IMG/VR virus record: IMGVR_UViG_3300011211_000031
Location: 1 to 64,000 of that record
DNA from: an uncultured virus (IMG/VR IMGVR_UViG_3300011211_000031)
Taxonomy: Duplodnaviria > Heunggongvirae > Uroviricota > Caudoviricetes
Strand: one strand, 5' to 3'
DNA length: 64,000 nucleotides
The notes beneath the pieces are model-generated. The model did no database searches. It was not told the origin of the DNA and worked only from the letters and a program-made list of their open reading frames with translations. Of the stretch, positions 47,348 to 57,400 are shown one piece after another. Position 1 is the stretch's first letter; every line of letters begins with the position of its first letter. The position numbers and the translations under genes are program-made.

Positions 47348-47704
47348 ATGGACGACTCGCAGACCCTCACCCCCATGCCCGACGGCTTCTACTGGAAGCC
47401 GCGCTGCCACCTCGACACGCTTCCGACCGGCCTGTTCCTGCACGGTGAGATGGTTGCGACCATGCACCAGCGGATCGACGGCGCCTGGTTGGCCCGGCTG
47501 CACCTTGAGGATGGGGTTGACGCCCCGCTGGTCACCCGACGGTGCACCTCTTTCGAGGACGGCCGACGGGGGTGTGAGATGTGGGCGCTGCGCCACGAGA
47601 GGGCTTTGCGCAAGAAGGTCGCGATCAAGCTGCAATGGATCCAAGACAACGTCGTCCTCCGCGGCCGGGGCCGGCAGTTGGGTGAGGCGGACCTTACGCA
47701 CTGA
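47348..47704 (+). CDS. Hypothetical protein
   Basis: TATGCT -10 seven nt before ATG. Confidence 0.6.
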   Translation: MDDSQTLTPMPDGFYWKPRCHLDTLPTGLFLHGEMVATMHQRIDGAWLARLHLEDGVDAPLVTRRCTSFEDGRRGCEMWALRHERALRKKVAIKLQWIQDNVVLRGRGRQLGEADLTH

Positions 47705-47761
47705 ACTGGACAGGGGGCTGGCCTTGTCGGAGTATTTGCCGCAGAGGGAGGGGCGCCCGGC

Positions 47762-48376
47762 ATGAGCATCCTCAATGTGCTGCTTACACCTGATCGGCTC
47801 CTGGTGGCCGTGGACACTTGGGCGGAAGACGCCCAGACCGGCGCTCAGTCAGCCGGTGCCAAGGTGCTGCTGATCCCGCAGCATCAAATAGTGCTCGCAG
47901 CTCGTGGCTCGGCGCAGTTTTTTCTGCACCTGTACCAGCGCATGTTGTTGGCCAGCTACCGGGCAAACTTCGGGCTTGAGCAGGTGATGCGCGAGACGGC
48001 TCCCCTGATTGACCAGCTCTGGCCAGCATACGAGGCGGCTGCTACTGCCTCTGGCGTGCCGCAGGATCGTCTGTGTACGGAACTTGTCCTGGGCGGGTGG
48101 TCCTACGGACAGGGGCAGATGGCGGCGTGTGCCTATGCCAAGGACGCGACAGGTCAGCCTGCCATTGCGCAACCACTGAGTGGCGGCTTGGCATCGCCAG
48201 GCGAACCGCTGCGCGGGAGGCCGGATAGCTTCGCGGCTCCCGACGTTCTCGCCGCCGCCCGGCTGCAGGCCGCGTACTTGAATGCACAGGAGGGGCGGGG
48301 AGTGGCCGGGGGCCGCCTTATAACGGCTACCCTGACCGCTGGCCATGCCGCCATCTCGGACCTGGGGCCAATTTGA
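47762..48376 (+). CDS. Ntn-hydrolase, proteasome beta/HslV-like
   Basis: After Met removal Ser1, Asp17, Lys33, Gly48; C-terminal GG.L..ATL strand. Confidence 0.65.
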   Translation: MSILNVLLTPDRLLVAVDTWAEDAQTGAQSAGAKVLLIPQHQIVLAARGSAQFFLHLYQRMLLASYRANFGLEQVMRETAPLIDQLWPAYEAAATASGVPQDRLCTELVLGGWSYGQGQMAACAYAKDATGQPAIAQPLSGGLASPGEPLRGRPDSFAAPDVLAAARLQAAYLNAQEGRGVAGGRLITATLTAGHAAISDLGPI

Positions 48377-48397
48377 TGAAGGCCCCTGACGCAGGCA

Positions 48398-48691
48398 TCA
48401 GTCCTGCTGATCCCCAAGCCGCGCCGCGCCCTCGATCTGCGTCGTCAAGGATGTCAGTGCCTGTTGGAATGCCGCGTGGTAGAGCGCGGAATGACCGCCT
48501 GCAATGACCTGCTCATCGGCCAGCTCGGGCAGGACGTGGGACCACAGCTCAGCCAAGGCTGATGGTTGGGGGTGGCGCGCGATGAGGGCATGGATCCCGT
48601 ACTCCATGGCTTTGATGTAGCCTCGGCTTGCCTGCAGCTCCATCTCGCAGCGTTCGAGGCGTTCGATCAGCTCTCTTGTTAGGTCAGCCAT
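48398..48691 (-). CDS. Hypothetical helical protein
   Basis: 97 aa ORF. Confidence 0.6.
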   Translation of the reverse strand: MADLTRELIERLERCEMELQASRGYIKAMEYGIHALIARHPQPSALAELWSHVLPELADEQVIAGGHSALYHAAFQQALTSLTTQIEGAARLGDQQD

Positions 48692-48785
48692 GTCGATGAC
48701 GTCTGGGCGCGACAGTCTACCCCTTCAGTCAGCTGCCGTTGCCTGCGTATCGGCCCGTGCGACCGGCGGCGCTGACAATGGCGGC

Positions 48786-48998
48786 ATGACGAAGACGAAC
48801 GTGAGAAAGGCGCGCTGGGCGCGCAGCAAGGCCGAGGATCTGCATCGGCAGGCCCGCGAATTAGAGCAGGACCGCAGCGGCGACTGGCAAGCCATGGCTC
48901 GCCGCCGGCGAGGGGCGGCACATTTGCGGCGGGAGGCCGACAGGTTCGACTCCATGGCCTATCGATGGGCTGACCCCAAACTGACCCCAGCGGCGTGA
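48786..48998 (+). CDS. Small basic hypothetical protein
   Basis: GACAAT -10 six nt before ATG. Confidence 0.5.
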   Translation: MTKTNVRKARWARSKAEDLHRQARELEQDRSGDWQAMARRRRGAAHLRREADRFDSMAYRWADPKLTPAA

Positions 48999-49091
48999 TA
49001 AGTCATTGATTGCGCTAGACCGTCAATGATCGCGACTGATCGCCCTAGTCTTTGTTTCTATTGATGTTCCCCAACCTTGACATGGTAGAGG
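48970..49091 (+). other. Relic att-like site with tRNA-Val(GAC) anticodon-arm fragment
   Basis: CTGACCCCA direct repeats (48970, 48981), TAAGTCATTGATT, and ACCTTGACATGGTAGAGG 49074-49091. Confidence 0.55.
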
Positions 49092-49157
49092 CCGACCCGT
49101 GACGCGGCTCTAATTCAATGCTCTACTGTGGGCACCAGCCCTTCAGGAGCGGAGCAT

Positions 49158-49754
49158 ATGGACCATGGGATAACATCCGCGCTTATCGGCGCTGGCGCGG
49201 CTCTCCTCGTTGTATTAGTTACCGCTGCAGTAGCAGTCACGCAGCTGAGGCATGACCGTGAGCAAAGGGCAAAGGACAGGGCATTGCAGGCCAAGCGCGA
49301 TCTGCTGATCGACGCCCTGAAATCGGCGATTATCGCAATGAGGTCCGGAAGCGATCTGGTCAGGCAGGAGGTAGACATCAATGCGGTCAGTGCAAAGTTC
49401 ACGAACGCAATCGCGGCGATGAACGCAGCGAGCGCGGTCGCCAGCCTTGAGGTTGTTGCGCGTGGTAAGGACCTGGTTGCCACGATGGGGAAGCAGTACA
49501 TGACCGCAATGGCCGTCAGAAGCACGCTTGCGCCTGACCTTATGCCGGAGCAGTTGGTGGATTTCGCGCTTGACGTGATCGAGAAGCAGAAAGAGTTTCA
49601 GCAGCCATTTGCGTTGCTTGTCGCGGCAGTTCGCAGGGATCTATTGATCGAGGGGGCGGATGATGAGGCGGTTGCGAAGGCGCTGTGGATGAACGTGGAC
49701 GAGATAGGGGAACATGCGCGAAAGACGTTTAAGGACCTGCTGGGGCGAATCTAG
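49158..49754 (+). CDS. Membrane-anchored hypothetical protein (moron)
   Basis: GGAG RBS; TM helix then HDREQRAKDR coil. Confidence 0.7.
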   Translation: MDHGITSALIGAGAALLVVLVTAAVAVTQLRHDREQRAKDRALQAKRDLLIDALKSAIIAMRSGSDLVRQEVDINAVSAKFTNAIAAMNAASAVASLEVVARGKDLVATMGKQYMTAMAVRSTLAPDLMPEQLVDFALDVIEKQKEFQQPFALLVAAVRRDLLIEGADDEAVAKALWMNVDEIGEHARKTFKDLLGRI

Positions 49755-50899
49755 GTCCCAGTGCAAAAGTCGGCCCATGAGTTCATCAACAGGCGGCGCT
49801 TCTCGATAAGTGCGCCGCGCCTGTACGCCGCCTCTGTCTTGTCCTTGATGGCATGCGCAAGCGCCATCTCGGCAACCTCACCTGGAAAATCCGTCTGTTC
49901 TGCTGCCCAGTCACGAAAGCTGGATCGGAACCCGTGCACCGTGAATGGTAGACCGAAGCCCTTCGGCGACGGCTTCTGAAGCAGGTAGAGCATCGCGTTC
50001 TCGGAGAGTGAGAAGGGGGGCGCGGAGCGGGGCAGGCCTGCGAGTATCGCCGCTGCCGCTGGCGTCAGTGGCACGACATGTTCCCGGCCCCCCTTCATTC
50101 GTGACGCGGGCACGGTCCACAGCATCGCCTCCAGGTCGAATTCGGCCCACGTTGACCCGGTGACCTCCTCGGTGCGCGCAGCCGTGAGGATGGTGAAGCG
50201 TAGCGCCCGCCGCGATTTCGCATCCCGTTCCGGCAGCCTGGCCATGAAGGCCGGCACGTCGACGAACGGCATGGCCGCATGGTGCCGCTTCGGCTTCACC
50301 TTGCTTGGCTTAGGGAGGAGATTCTCCAGGTGCCCGCGCCAGCGCGCCGGGTTGTCCCCTTCACGCAGGCCGTGAACCTTGGCCCAGTCCAGCACGCGCT
50401 CGATGCGGCCGCGCACGCGCGTCGCTGTCTCCGTCTTATTGGACCAGATCGGCTTCAGGCATGCCATCACCACGGTGGTGTCGACCTGGGCGATCGGCAG
50501 CGACTCGGCTGGGCCGTAGTCCCTGAGCGACTGGGCCCATTGGTCGGCCTGGGCATTGTTCTTCCAGCCAGCGCGGTGCGCATCGATGTAAGCCTCTGCG
50601 GCTTGGCCAAAGGTGGCCCCTGCGCTCCGGGCCGCCCGGCGGGCGTCGATGGGATCCTCGCCGCCGGCGAGATGCTTTCGATGCTCCAGCGCCGCGGCGC
50701 GCGCTTCCTGCAGGCTGACGACCTGAGTAGAGCCCAAGCCCATCTCTCGTAACCGGCCGCCGCGGCGGAAACGCAGCACCCACGACTTTGATCCTGCCGG
50801 CTTCACCAACAGGTACAGGCCACCGCCGTCGGCGTGATAGCCTTGCTTCGTCAGGGTCTGGACTGCTCTGGCGCTGAGCCGATTGATCGGGCGCGCCAT
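49751..50899 (-). CDS. int: P4-like tyrosine integrase with Arm DNA-binding domain
   Basis: DGGGLYL, REMGLG; catalytic TAAR, HGFR, LAH, AAY. Confidence 0.95.
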   Translation of the reverse strand: MARPINRLSARAVQTLTKQGYHADGGGLYLLVKPAGSKSWVLRFRRGGRLREMGLGSTQVVSLQEARAAALEHRKHLAGGEDPIDARRAARSAGATFGQAAEAYIDAHRAGWKNNAQADQWAQSLRDYGPAESLPIAQVDTTVVMACLKPIWSNKTETATRVRGRIERVLDWAKVHGLREGDNPARWRGHLENLLPKPSKVKPKRHHAAMPFVDVPAFMARLPERDAKSRRALRFTILTAARTEEVTGSTWAEFDLEAMLWTVPASRMKGGREHVVPLTPAAAAILAGLPRSAPPFSLSENAMLYLLQKPSPKGFGLPFTVHGFRSSFRDWAAEQTDFPGEVAEMALAHAIKDKTEAAYRRGALIEKRRLLMNSWADFCTGT

Positions 50900-50906
50900 T
50901 AAAACC

Positions 50907-50929
50907 GTCCCATACTTTGTCCCATACTT
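50907..50929. repeat. Integrase arm-type sites
   Basis: GTCCCATACTT tandem direct repeat at 50907 and 50919. Confidence 0.6.
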
Positions 50930-51034
50930 CCGGGTGCGATTGAGTGAGACGGCATGGTATGGGTGTGGAGTCGCATAGACTGATACGCCTAGCTATTGAG
51001 CCAACATGAGGCGCGGTGAGACGGCGCAATCGGC

Positions 51035-51048
51035 CACTCTCTCCGCCA
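51035..51048 (+). other. att core: 3' end of a tRNA-Ser-type gene
   Basis: CACTCTCTCC-G-CCA next to the integrase; no 5' half present. Confidence 0.7.
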
Positions 51049-51343
51049 GATACGCAAAAGCGCCCCGAAAGGGGCGTTTTGCGTATCTGGCGGAGAGAGT
51101 CGGGTGCCGAGACCGCGCGGGTTCGACGGATTCGCCAGGAGCGAACCCGGACAGCCGAATGGCTGGCCCTGGAGCGCGCAGCGCGGAAGGGTGAGGCGCA
51201 TGGATGCGCCTCACAATCCCACTCGGTCTATCCGGAAGCAGCGTCGCCCGCACGGGGCGTTCTGCGTATCTGGCGGAGAAAGTGGGATGGCAGAAGCTAC
51301 GCGGGCTCGACGGATTCGCCAGGGAGCGAATCCGGAAAGCCGA
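51036..51343. repeat. tRNA-associated palindromic tandem repeat
   Basis: ~30 bp hairpin 51036-51100; segment 51071-51159 repeated imperfectly at 51254-51343. Confidence 0.75.
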
Positions 51344-51557
51344 CTTCCCTACCTCCGTCGCCGATCACCTCGACGCAGAAGCGATCGATATCCGATTTCG
51401 CCCACAACCTGCGCGAGACCAGCTTCTGCTGCTTCGGGAATCTGCCCTGTGCCATTCGGCAGTAAATAGACGCCCGACTCAATGAGGTGCGGGCCATCGC
51501 GACCTTGATGTCTCGGAGTTTAGCGGCGAGATCGATCGCAGTCTTCTTGCCCTTCAT
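51297..51557 (-). CDS. AlpA-family excisionase/regulator (probably decayed)
   Basis: VAMARTSLSRASIY..MAQGRFPK...W..SDI. Confidence 0.7.
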   Translation of the reverse strand: MKGKKTAIDLAAKLRDIKVAMARTSLSRASIYCRMAQGRFPKQQKLVSRRLWAKSDIDRFCVEVIGDGGREVGFPDSLPGESVEPA

Positions 51558-51659
51558 CTTTGCTCCTTCGCCGCGCCGATCGCGGGCGATATCGCTTCGC
51601 CAGTCGGCTGCACGCCATGCATCAACTGCCGCAAGAGCGAGCTGCGAAAAATTGCGGAC

Positions 51660-51910
51660 CTGTTCCCGACCCCACAGATTGGATCCAGCAGTGGAAAGAG
51701 ATCGCGGCCTCGGCCAACAAGCGGCGCAGCGCGACGTCTTTCCGGCTGTCACCAACCCACCGACGCGGATCCCCCGGCAGCTATTCCCAGATCGACGTGC
51801 TGGTCGAATGGAGCCGGACCGCCCGAAGTGGACGGCAGTTCGATCTCTCTTTTCAAGCCGAAGCGGATGGCGGTTGCACCTCGACCTCGGCTCTGCAAAA
51901 GGATGGCGCC
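51660..51910 (+). pseudogene. Frameshifted C-terminal fragment of a phage protein (PAPS-reductase-like, tentative)
   Basis: IQQWKEIAASANKRRSAT...VEWSRTARSGRQFDL...GGCTS. Confidence 0.35.
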
Positions 51911-52310
51911 ATGACTGCGCTGAAGCCCGCCGATTGGCAGGAGCGTGGCGAGGGCATGATGACGCCCAAGCAAGCAGCACATGCTCAACGCCATCTGCGG
52001 TGACCTAGCGGCCGGTCTCTCTGGCACGGTTCGCGCCTGACGAAGGACGACTGGCGGCACATGGTCGCTGGCACGAGGCTGGGCTGGTGCCTATTACCGG
52101 CGAGAGACCGGGGAAGGGGCGCGGTTGGTCACATCATGCTCGGCCAGCATGAAGCTGACGAAGTCACTGGCCTGCGGTGTCATCACCGGGCCGCTTCATA
52201 TCGGCGACCACCCGGAAGATCAGGGGCTACATGCAGGGCCGGTACGATGGTATGACACAGTGCTACTGGGGCAGGGATTCAGGCCTCAAGATTTCGCGGA
52301 GACAGCATGA
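51911..52310 (+). pseudogene. ninB: ninB pseudogene
   Basis: Clear DNA similarity to 14996-15400 with several indels. Confidence 0.85.
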
Positions 52311-52338
52311 GTGCTTCGTTAGAGCTGTCCTAGTTCCC

Positions 52339-52980
52339 TTATTCATCGGATCGCAGTGCCCCTTCCATTGCCTCCACCGCGCTCGTAAGTCCATCGTGCG
52401 CGTTCTGCAAGAGCTCATCGTAAGGTTTGACAGGGTCCAAAATATCTTCGTCACCTGTGTGCTCGTGACGGTAAACGCCATGATTACCGTAATAGAAATC
52501 TGCATACTCCAGCGCAGATATGAGACTTGGGAGGTGTGCGAGTGCCGACTGCAGAGGATCCGCTGGCGCGCCGATCTCGTGAAGATGGGGTATCAAGGTC
52601 TTCAGTTCAGGTGGCACTTCACAAAGGCGGGCCGCGCCGCTCAAATTTGGGTAGTCGTCTTCCGACCAGTCGCCTGCAATCCTTATTGCTTTGGCAACGT
52701 TTTCGCGAAGCGCAGATACTGTTGGCAGCAAGAAAAGCATGTAACTCCTCTCCCGCAGCCTTCTGGCCACTGCCGCCGATTGTTGCTCGCGCTTGTGTAT
52801 CGAGTAAGGAACCGCTACCGCAACACCGATAGCCAGAATGCTGCCAATCGCCTGAACCCAAGCGGCACTTTCCTTTGCAGCGCTGGCGTCTATTTGTATC
52901 GGCTCGGAGAAGATCGCCCAAGATGCCAGAGCACCATAGCCGAAGGCCATTGCCATCAGAGCAATAGAATCGCGATTCAT
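52339..52980 (-). CDS. Antisense moron, membrane-anchored protein
   Basis: AAAGGAA RBS; AAWVQAIGSILAIGVAVAVP helix; intact amid decayed flanks. Confidence 0.75.
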   Translation of the reverse strand: MNRDSIALMAMAFGYGALASWAIFSEPIQIDASAAKESAAWVQAIGSILAIGVAVAVPYSIHKREQQSAAVARRLRERSYMLFLLPTVSALRENVAKAIRIAGDWSEDDYPNLSGAARLCEVPPELKTLIPHLHEIGAPADPLQSALAHLPSLISALEYADFYYGNHGVYRHEHTGDEDILDPVKPYDELLQNAHDGLTSAVEAMEGALRSDE

Positions 52981-53058
52981 GAGATTCCTTTCACAAGTCA
53001 TAAGCGCTACCAAGCTGGAATGGTAAGCGTTGTCTGTCATCAATGGGGTTAGTCGCTG

Positions 53059-53140
53059 ATGCACGGAACTATCGCGAGCGCGCTCTGCTCGATGCTGTGC
53101 ACCAAGTCGAGCGCACCCTGCAGACCGAGGGTTGCTATGA
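53059..53140 (+). pseudogene. Truncated DUF1364-like gene
   Basis: MHGNYRERALLDAVHQVERTLQ versus MHSNYRDRALLDAVYQVECTLQ at 16034. Confidence 0.8.
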
Positions 53141-53535
53141 CTGGCACGCCGGCCAGATCGCCTGGGAGATGCCGCTGAGCCCAGGACGCGTCGGCGGCGC
53201 TGACCGACACCAGAACCTTGGCCTGCGCGGGTGAGCGAAGGAGGCGTAGTAGGTAGCGTTCCTGCTGTCCTCGCGTAGGAACTCTCTATCCCAGTTTGGC
53301 TTCAAAGATGGCATGGAGAGCCGGGCCCGAAATCAATTCAAGGTCGGTGCAACCGCTGTGTTCAGCGAACACTTGACTGGCCACCACCAGCTTCGCGTCC
53401 GGGGCGCAAGCCAAGGCCTTCAACCTTTCATGCCTCAGGGCGGGCACTGTTCCAGGCACCAGCCAAAAGCGGCTGTGCCCGCGTTCTCATCGCATCCGCC
53501 CAATCCAAAGCAGCTGGCAGGGGTAATGTTTCGTA

Positions 53536-54405
53536 TCAGCATGCGTTCCCATAAGGCAAGAGTGGCGACGCACTATGGCGCGCGATGCACGACTTGGCGT
53601 GCCCGGCCAGGTGCGTTGGATGGGGGCGATGGATCGCAGAGGTAGGCAGGTTTAAGGGCTTGCCTTGGAGCGCGGCGTAGTCGGTCGCGAGCAACGACGG
53701 GGCAAGCGCCACAGTGTTCTCGGGCGTGACCCAGAGCAACCCGCAGTCGAAGAGCGTGTGGAGATCAGCTCGCAACAACAGGCCGTTGTCCAACCGGTTG
53801 GTGTGCTCGCCCTTGTAGGGCAGCACATGCGCAGCCTCCAACACTTCCACCGCCGAGCACCCGGTGATGGCGCAACGACCGCCGTAGGCGTCCAGTAGCT
53901 TAGCGCGGAACAACGGTTGGCCCCGGCGCTGGGCTACCGCTCGCATCGCCCATACCCTCGCATCGTGGGTGCTATCCAGCGGCGCGTTGAACGCATCGGC
54001 TTGCGCCTCAGCCTCTGCCCTCGCTTGCTCGTCCATCGCCAAAGAAACCGCTTGCCATTTTCGCTCGCCAATCGGCAGCAGATCCCAATGCCCGTGCCGG
54101 GCCGGGTTGAACAGCACGTAGCGGGTGCGCCGTCGTGGTCCAGAGTCCACCAGCTTGAACAACACGTCGTGGGGGTGGCCTTGGTCGCTTCGGCAGCTCT
54201 CGCGGGCGTAGTTGTAGTGAACCCGGCTGGCACTGTTCACCGTGAACAACTCCAGGTCGGCCCGGGCATTGCCTAGTGGATCGTTGGGAAACCGCTCGCG
54301 GTCCCAGGCTTCCACCTCCGCCAGGGTTGCACTGCCCAATTCGTTGATCGCCTCGGCCGCGCGCCAATACTTCACCCGATCGCGCTTGTTGCGTGGTTGC
54401 GCCAT
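53536..54405 (-). CDS. HNH endonuclease (HNH_2, restriction-type) with N-terminal domain
   Basis: RRGQPLFR..LLDAY..RCAITG....LEAAH.......NGLLLRADLH.LFD; AAAGGAG RBS. Confidence 0.9.
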   Translation of the reverse strand: MAQPRNKRDRVKYWRAAEAINELGSATLAEVEAWDRERFPNDPLGNARADLELFTVNSASRVHYNYARESCRSDQGHPHDVLFKLVDSGPRRRTRYVLFNPARHGHWDLLPIGERKWQAVSLAMDEQARAEAEAQADAFNAPLDSTHDARVWAMRAVAQRRGQPLFRAKLLDAYGGRCAITGCSAVEVLEAAHVLPYKGEHTNRLDNGLLLRADLHTLFDCGLLWVTPENTVALAPSLLATDYAALQGKPLNLPTSAIHRPHPTHLAGHAKSCIARHSASPLLPYGNAC

Positions 54406-54474
54406 GGGCTAGCTCCTTTCTCCCAAAGTGCCATGCGGATCCACGGAGGCTCGGTAATGGCTTCCGTCGAGTAT

Positions 54475-57400
54475 TTACAAGGACGCAAAGAAGTGGCGAC
54501 GCAAGACGAGGTCGCTTGCTAGTTGCCCGTAAGTGCCCGACAAGAATGCTTCCCGATGTTCGCTCAGCCCATCGAACGACCGCTGGATCGCGGCTTCAAA
54601 TTCTTCGTCTGGATGCCGCTGGCTGCGCGAGAACGTTGGCAGTGGGGTTTTCTCCGGCATGTCTAGGGGGGGATTTCGGTGTGCCTCAAGTGCTTCTGAC
54701 AGAGATTCGTAAGCGTCCTTGAAACGTGGGTCTTTCAATTTTTCCTTCAGGGAGATCTCCGATCGGGCAAGCTCCAACGCACTCTCTACCCTGCTTCTTT
54801 CCACAAAAATTCGGTGTTTCAAGTCGGACGTTGCGTTTTGCACAGCGCTGGCGCGGGAAACGTTGCGGTTGATCTCCGCCAGCCCATTGTTGAAGGATTC
54901 GAGGATGGAGGAAAGCGTTCGCCTGGGAGGTGCGGCCTGCGGAATGGAGACGTGTCGGACCGGCTGGCTCGGAGGCACCACCGGCGCGCGTTTGGGGAGC
55001 GGCGGTGGGGTGGCGAGTGGGGAGGGGGCTACGCCGCGTCGCCTCGGCTTGTAGCTGCAAACGGGGAAATTGGAACAGGAGCGAAACTCCCCATAAGGGC
55101 CGGTGCGCAACACCAGCACGCCTTGCTTGCAGGCCGGACACGCTTCTTCCTTGACGGTTTCGCCATCGGTGTCGGTGATCCCCAATATCCCGTCTTCCAC
55201 CAACTCCCGAAGGAACATCGAGCGTTGGCCACGGGCGGTGAACATTGCCACGCTGCGGCGGGCCCGGGTCAGGGCCACGTAGAAGAGCCGGCGCTCTTCG
55301 CCCAGCGGGAACGTGTCCCCTTCTGGCATGGCCAGGGCCAGCACTGGATCGTCGGTGCGGGTGTTGGGGAAGCTGCGTCGACGCGGGGCGCTGATCATTT
55401 CCGGAAGAATGACGTAGTCCGCTTCGCTGCCCTTTGAGCGATGGATAGTCAGGAAAGACACGTCTACCCAACGGTTGAACCGGCCTTGCCTCATCGGGAC
55501 ATACTGCTGATCAGCGTTGTAGCGGCCCAAAACGTAAATCGATACCTTGCCGTTGCGTCCCGGTTGGATCGTGCCATCGCGCACGCCCTCGGCCAGGTTC
55601 ACCACGAATTGGTCGATTGCATCGGCCAGCTGGTCCTTGGTGTCCACTTGGAACGCTTGGAGCACTGGGCCCTGGGCAGGGGTGGCCGAATACACTCGCT
55701 TGGCAATCTGCCCACGGTTCTTGGAGACAAACGCACTGGAGACGTCGCACAGTGCCTGGGGGCACCGGAACGTTTGTTCCAGCTTCAGCACCTGGCCGTG
55801 GCCAAACCACTGGCGAAAGCCGGTCATCACCGACACGTCCGCGCCGGCAAAGCGGTTGATCGACTGCCAGTCGTCGCCCACGGCGAAGAAGAAGCGGCCC
55901 TTCTCTTGGACCAGTGCGCGGCACAACCGGGCCCGAGCGCGCGAGGCATCTTGGAACTCGTCGGCCATCACTAGGTCGTAAGGCGATTCCACGCGGCCGT
56001 TTTCCAGGTGGCCAGCGGCGAGGTTGAGCATGTCTTCAAAGTCGATGCCATCCTCTGCTGCCAAGGCTTCGTCCCACGCCGCCATCACCTGAGCCGCGAT
56101 GTCCAGGAAAATCTGGTAGCGCAGCTTGAAGGTGTCGGCGGGCATCGCGTCCAACCGTCCCTGCAGGTCTGAGGGGCTCAGACCGTTGCTCTTGGCATGG
56201 CTCATGAACGTGCGCAACAGCCCAACGAGTTCGATGTCCGCCATGGGCTTTTGGCCCCCTTCGGGAATCTTTCGATATGGGTTGGGATCAAGCACCAAGC
56301 CTCGGGAAGTCAGTTCGTGCTCCAGGCGGTCAAGGTCGTCGCCGTGGCGCAACCCATGGCTGGTGGTCTCAAAGAGCGCGGTCCCTTTCTCCACGTGAAG
56401 CTGTCGCTTCCAGATCACCCCCTCCATGTAGCCTTGAAAGTGCGCTGGTGGCACGCCGCTGGCATCGAGCGCGAAGTGCTCGTGGAACAAGTTCAAGTCT
56501 GAGTAGTAGAAATCGGGCCTGTATTGCCGGTGCAATTCGTCGGCGGTGCGGTGGGGGTAGCTGGCCTCGTAGCAGTAGTTGACCCCGTTCAAGAAGAGCA
56601 GGTTGGCGATCATCACTTCTTCCATGCTCTTCACCCGCTCGCCCCGGTTGGTGACGAGCGCGCCCTTGCCTTGGGCGTCCCACACGTCCGAGGGCTCCGG
56701 TGCACCAAACGCCGGAAGGTCCTTGCCAAAGACGAAGCGGAACAGGTCCCACTGGCGGCGGAACGCGGGCGACCGGTCTTTGAGCTGGCCCACGATGTCG
56801 GTGAGCTTTCGCACCCCGCCGGCCGCATCGGTGGCCCACTCGGGAATGTCGGGCGTTTCCCCGGTGGCCTTGCCGATGAGGCGCAAACCCAACGCGTGGA
56901 AGGTGGAGGCCTCCACGCTCACCTCCGCCATGCCCAAGCGCTCAAACGCCAAGGCCGCGCGATCCTTGAGCTCTACGGCGGCTTGCTTGTTGAACGCCAG
57001 CAGGACGATTCGCTTGGGATCCACGAACCCGCGCTGGATGGCGTAGGCCGCCTTGGCCACCATGGTCGAAGTCTTGCCCGAGCCGGCCGAGGCCACCACC
57101 TGCACGCGGTTGTCGAAGCACACCACGGCCCTTGCCTGTTCCGGGGTGAGCGGTTTGCTCTCCACTCGGTCCAGCAAGTCTTTGCAGGCCACCAATTCGC
57201 GGTCCACGTGGGCGGCATTGAGCGCGGCCCATGCAGGGCGGTGGTCGGCTTCCCACGCGGCCAGCGAGCGCTCGATCGCCTGGGCAGCCGGTCCCAATCG
57301 AACCGCCACGCCGGGCTTTTTCAGGCGCGATCGAAGAACTGCCGCATCCATCTTGGGGCGGGCAGCGAGGACGTCCTCCTGCTGCTCGTGGGTGAACCAG

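Larger units (their letters stand above)
1..51048. mobile_element. Lambdoid siphovirus prophage (left end outside window; right end at tRNA-Ser-type att core)
   Basis: Complete ordered modules: recombination, cI/cro, replication, Q, lysis, terminase, portal, capsid, tail, tape measure, J-like tip and integrase; tRNA 3'-end CACTCTCTCCGCCA at 51035-51048. Confidence 0.93.

Noticed and set aside
37937..49000. Diversity-generating retroelement or invertible tail cassette
   Set aside because: No reverse transcriptase, invertase or template/variable repeat pair seen
51036..51343. CRISPR array or intact tRNA
   Set aside because: Only two long imperfect units, no unique spacers or cas genes; only the 3' end of a tRNA is present
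53313..53645. 110 aa + strand ORF
   Set aside because: No recognisable motif or RBS; overlaps the HNH 3' end
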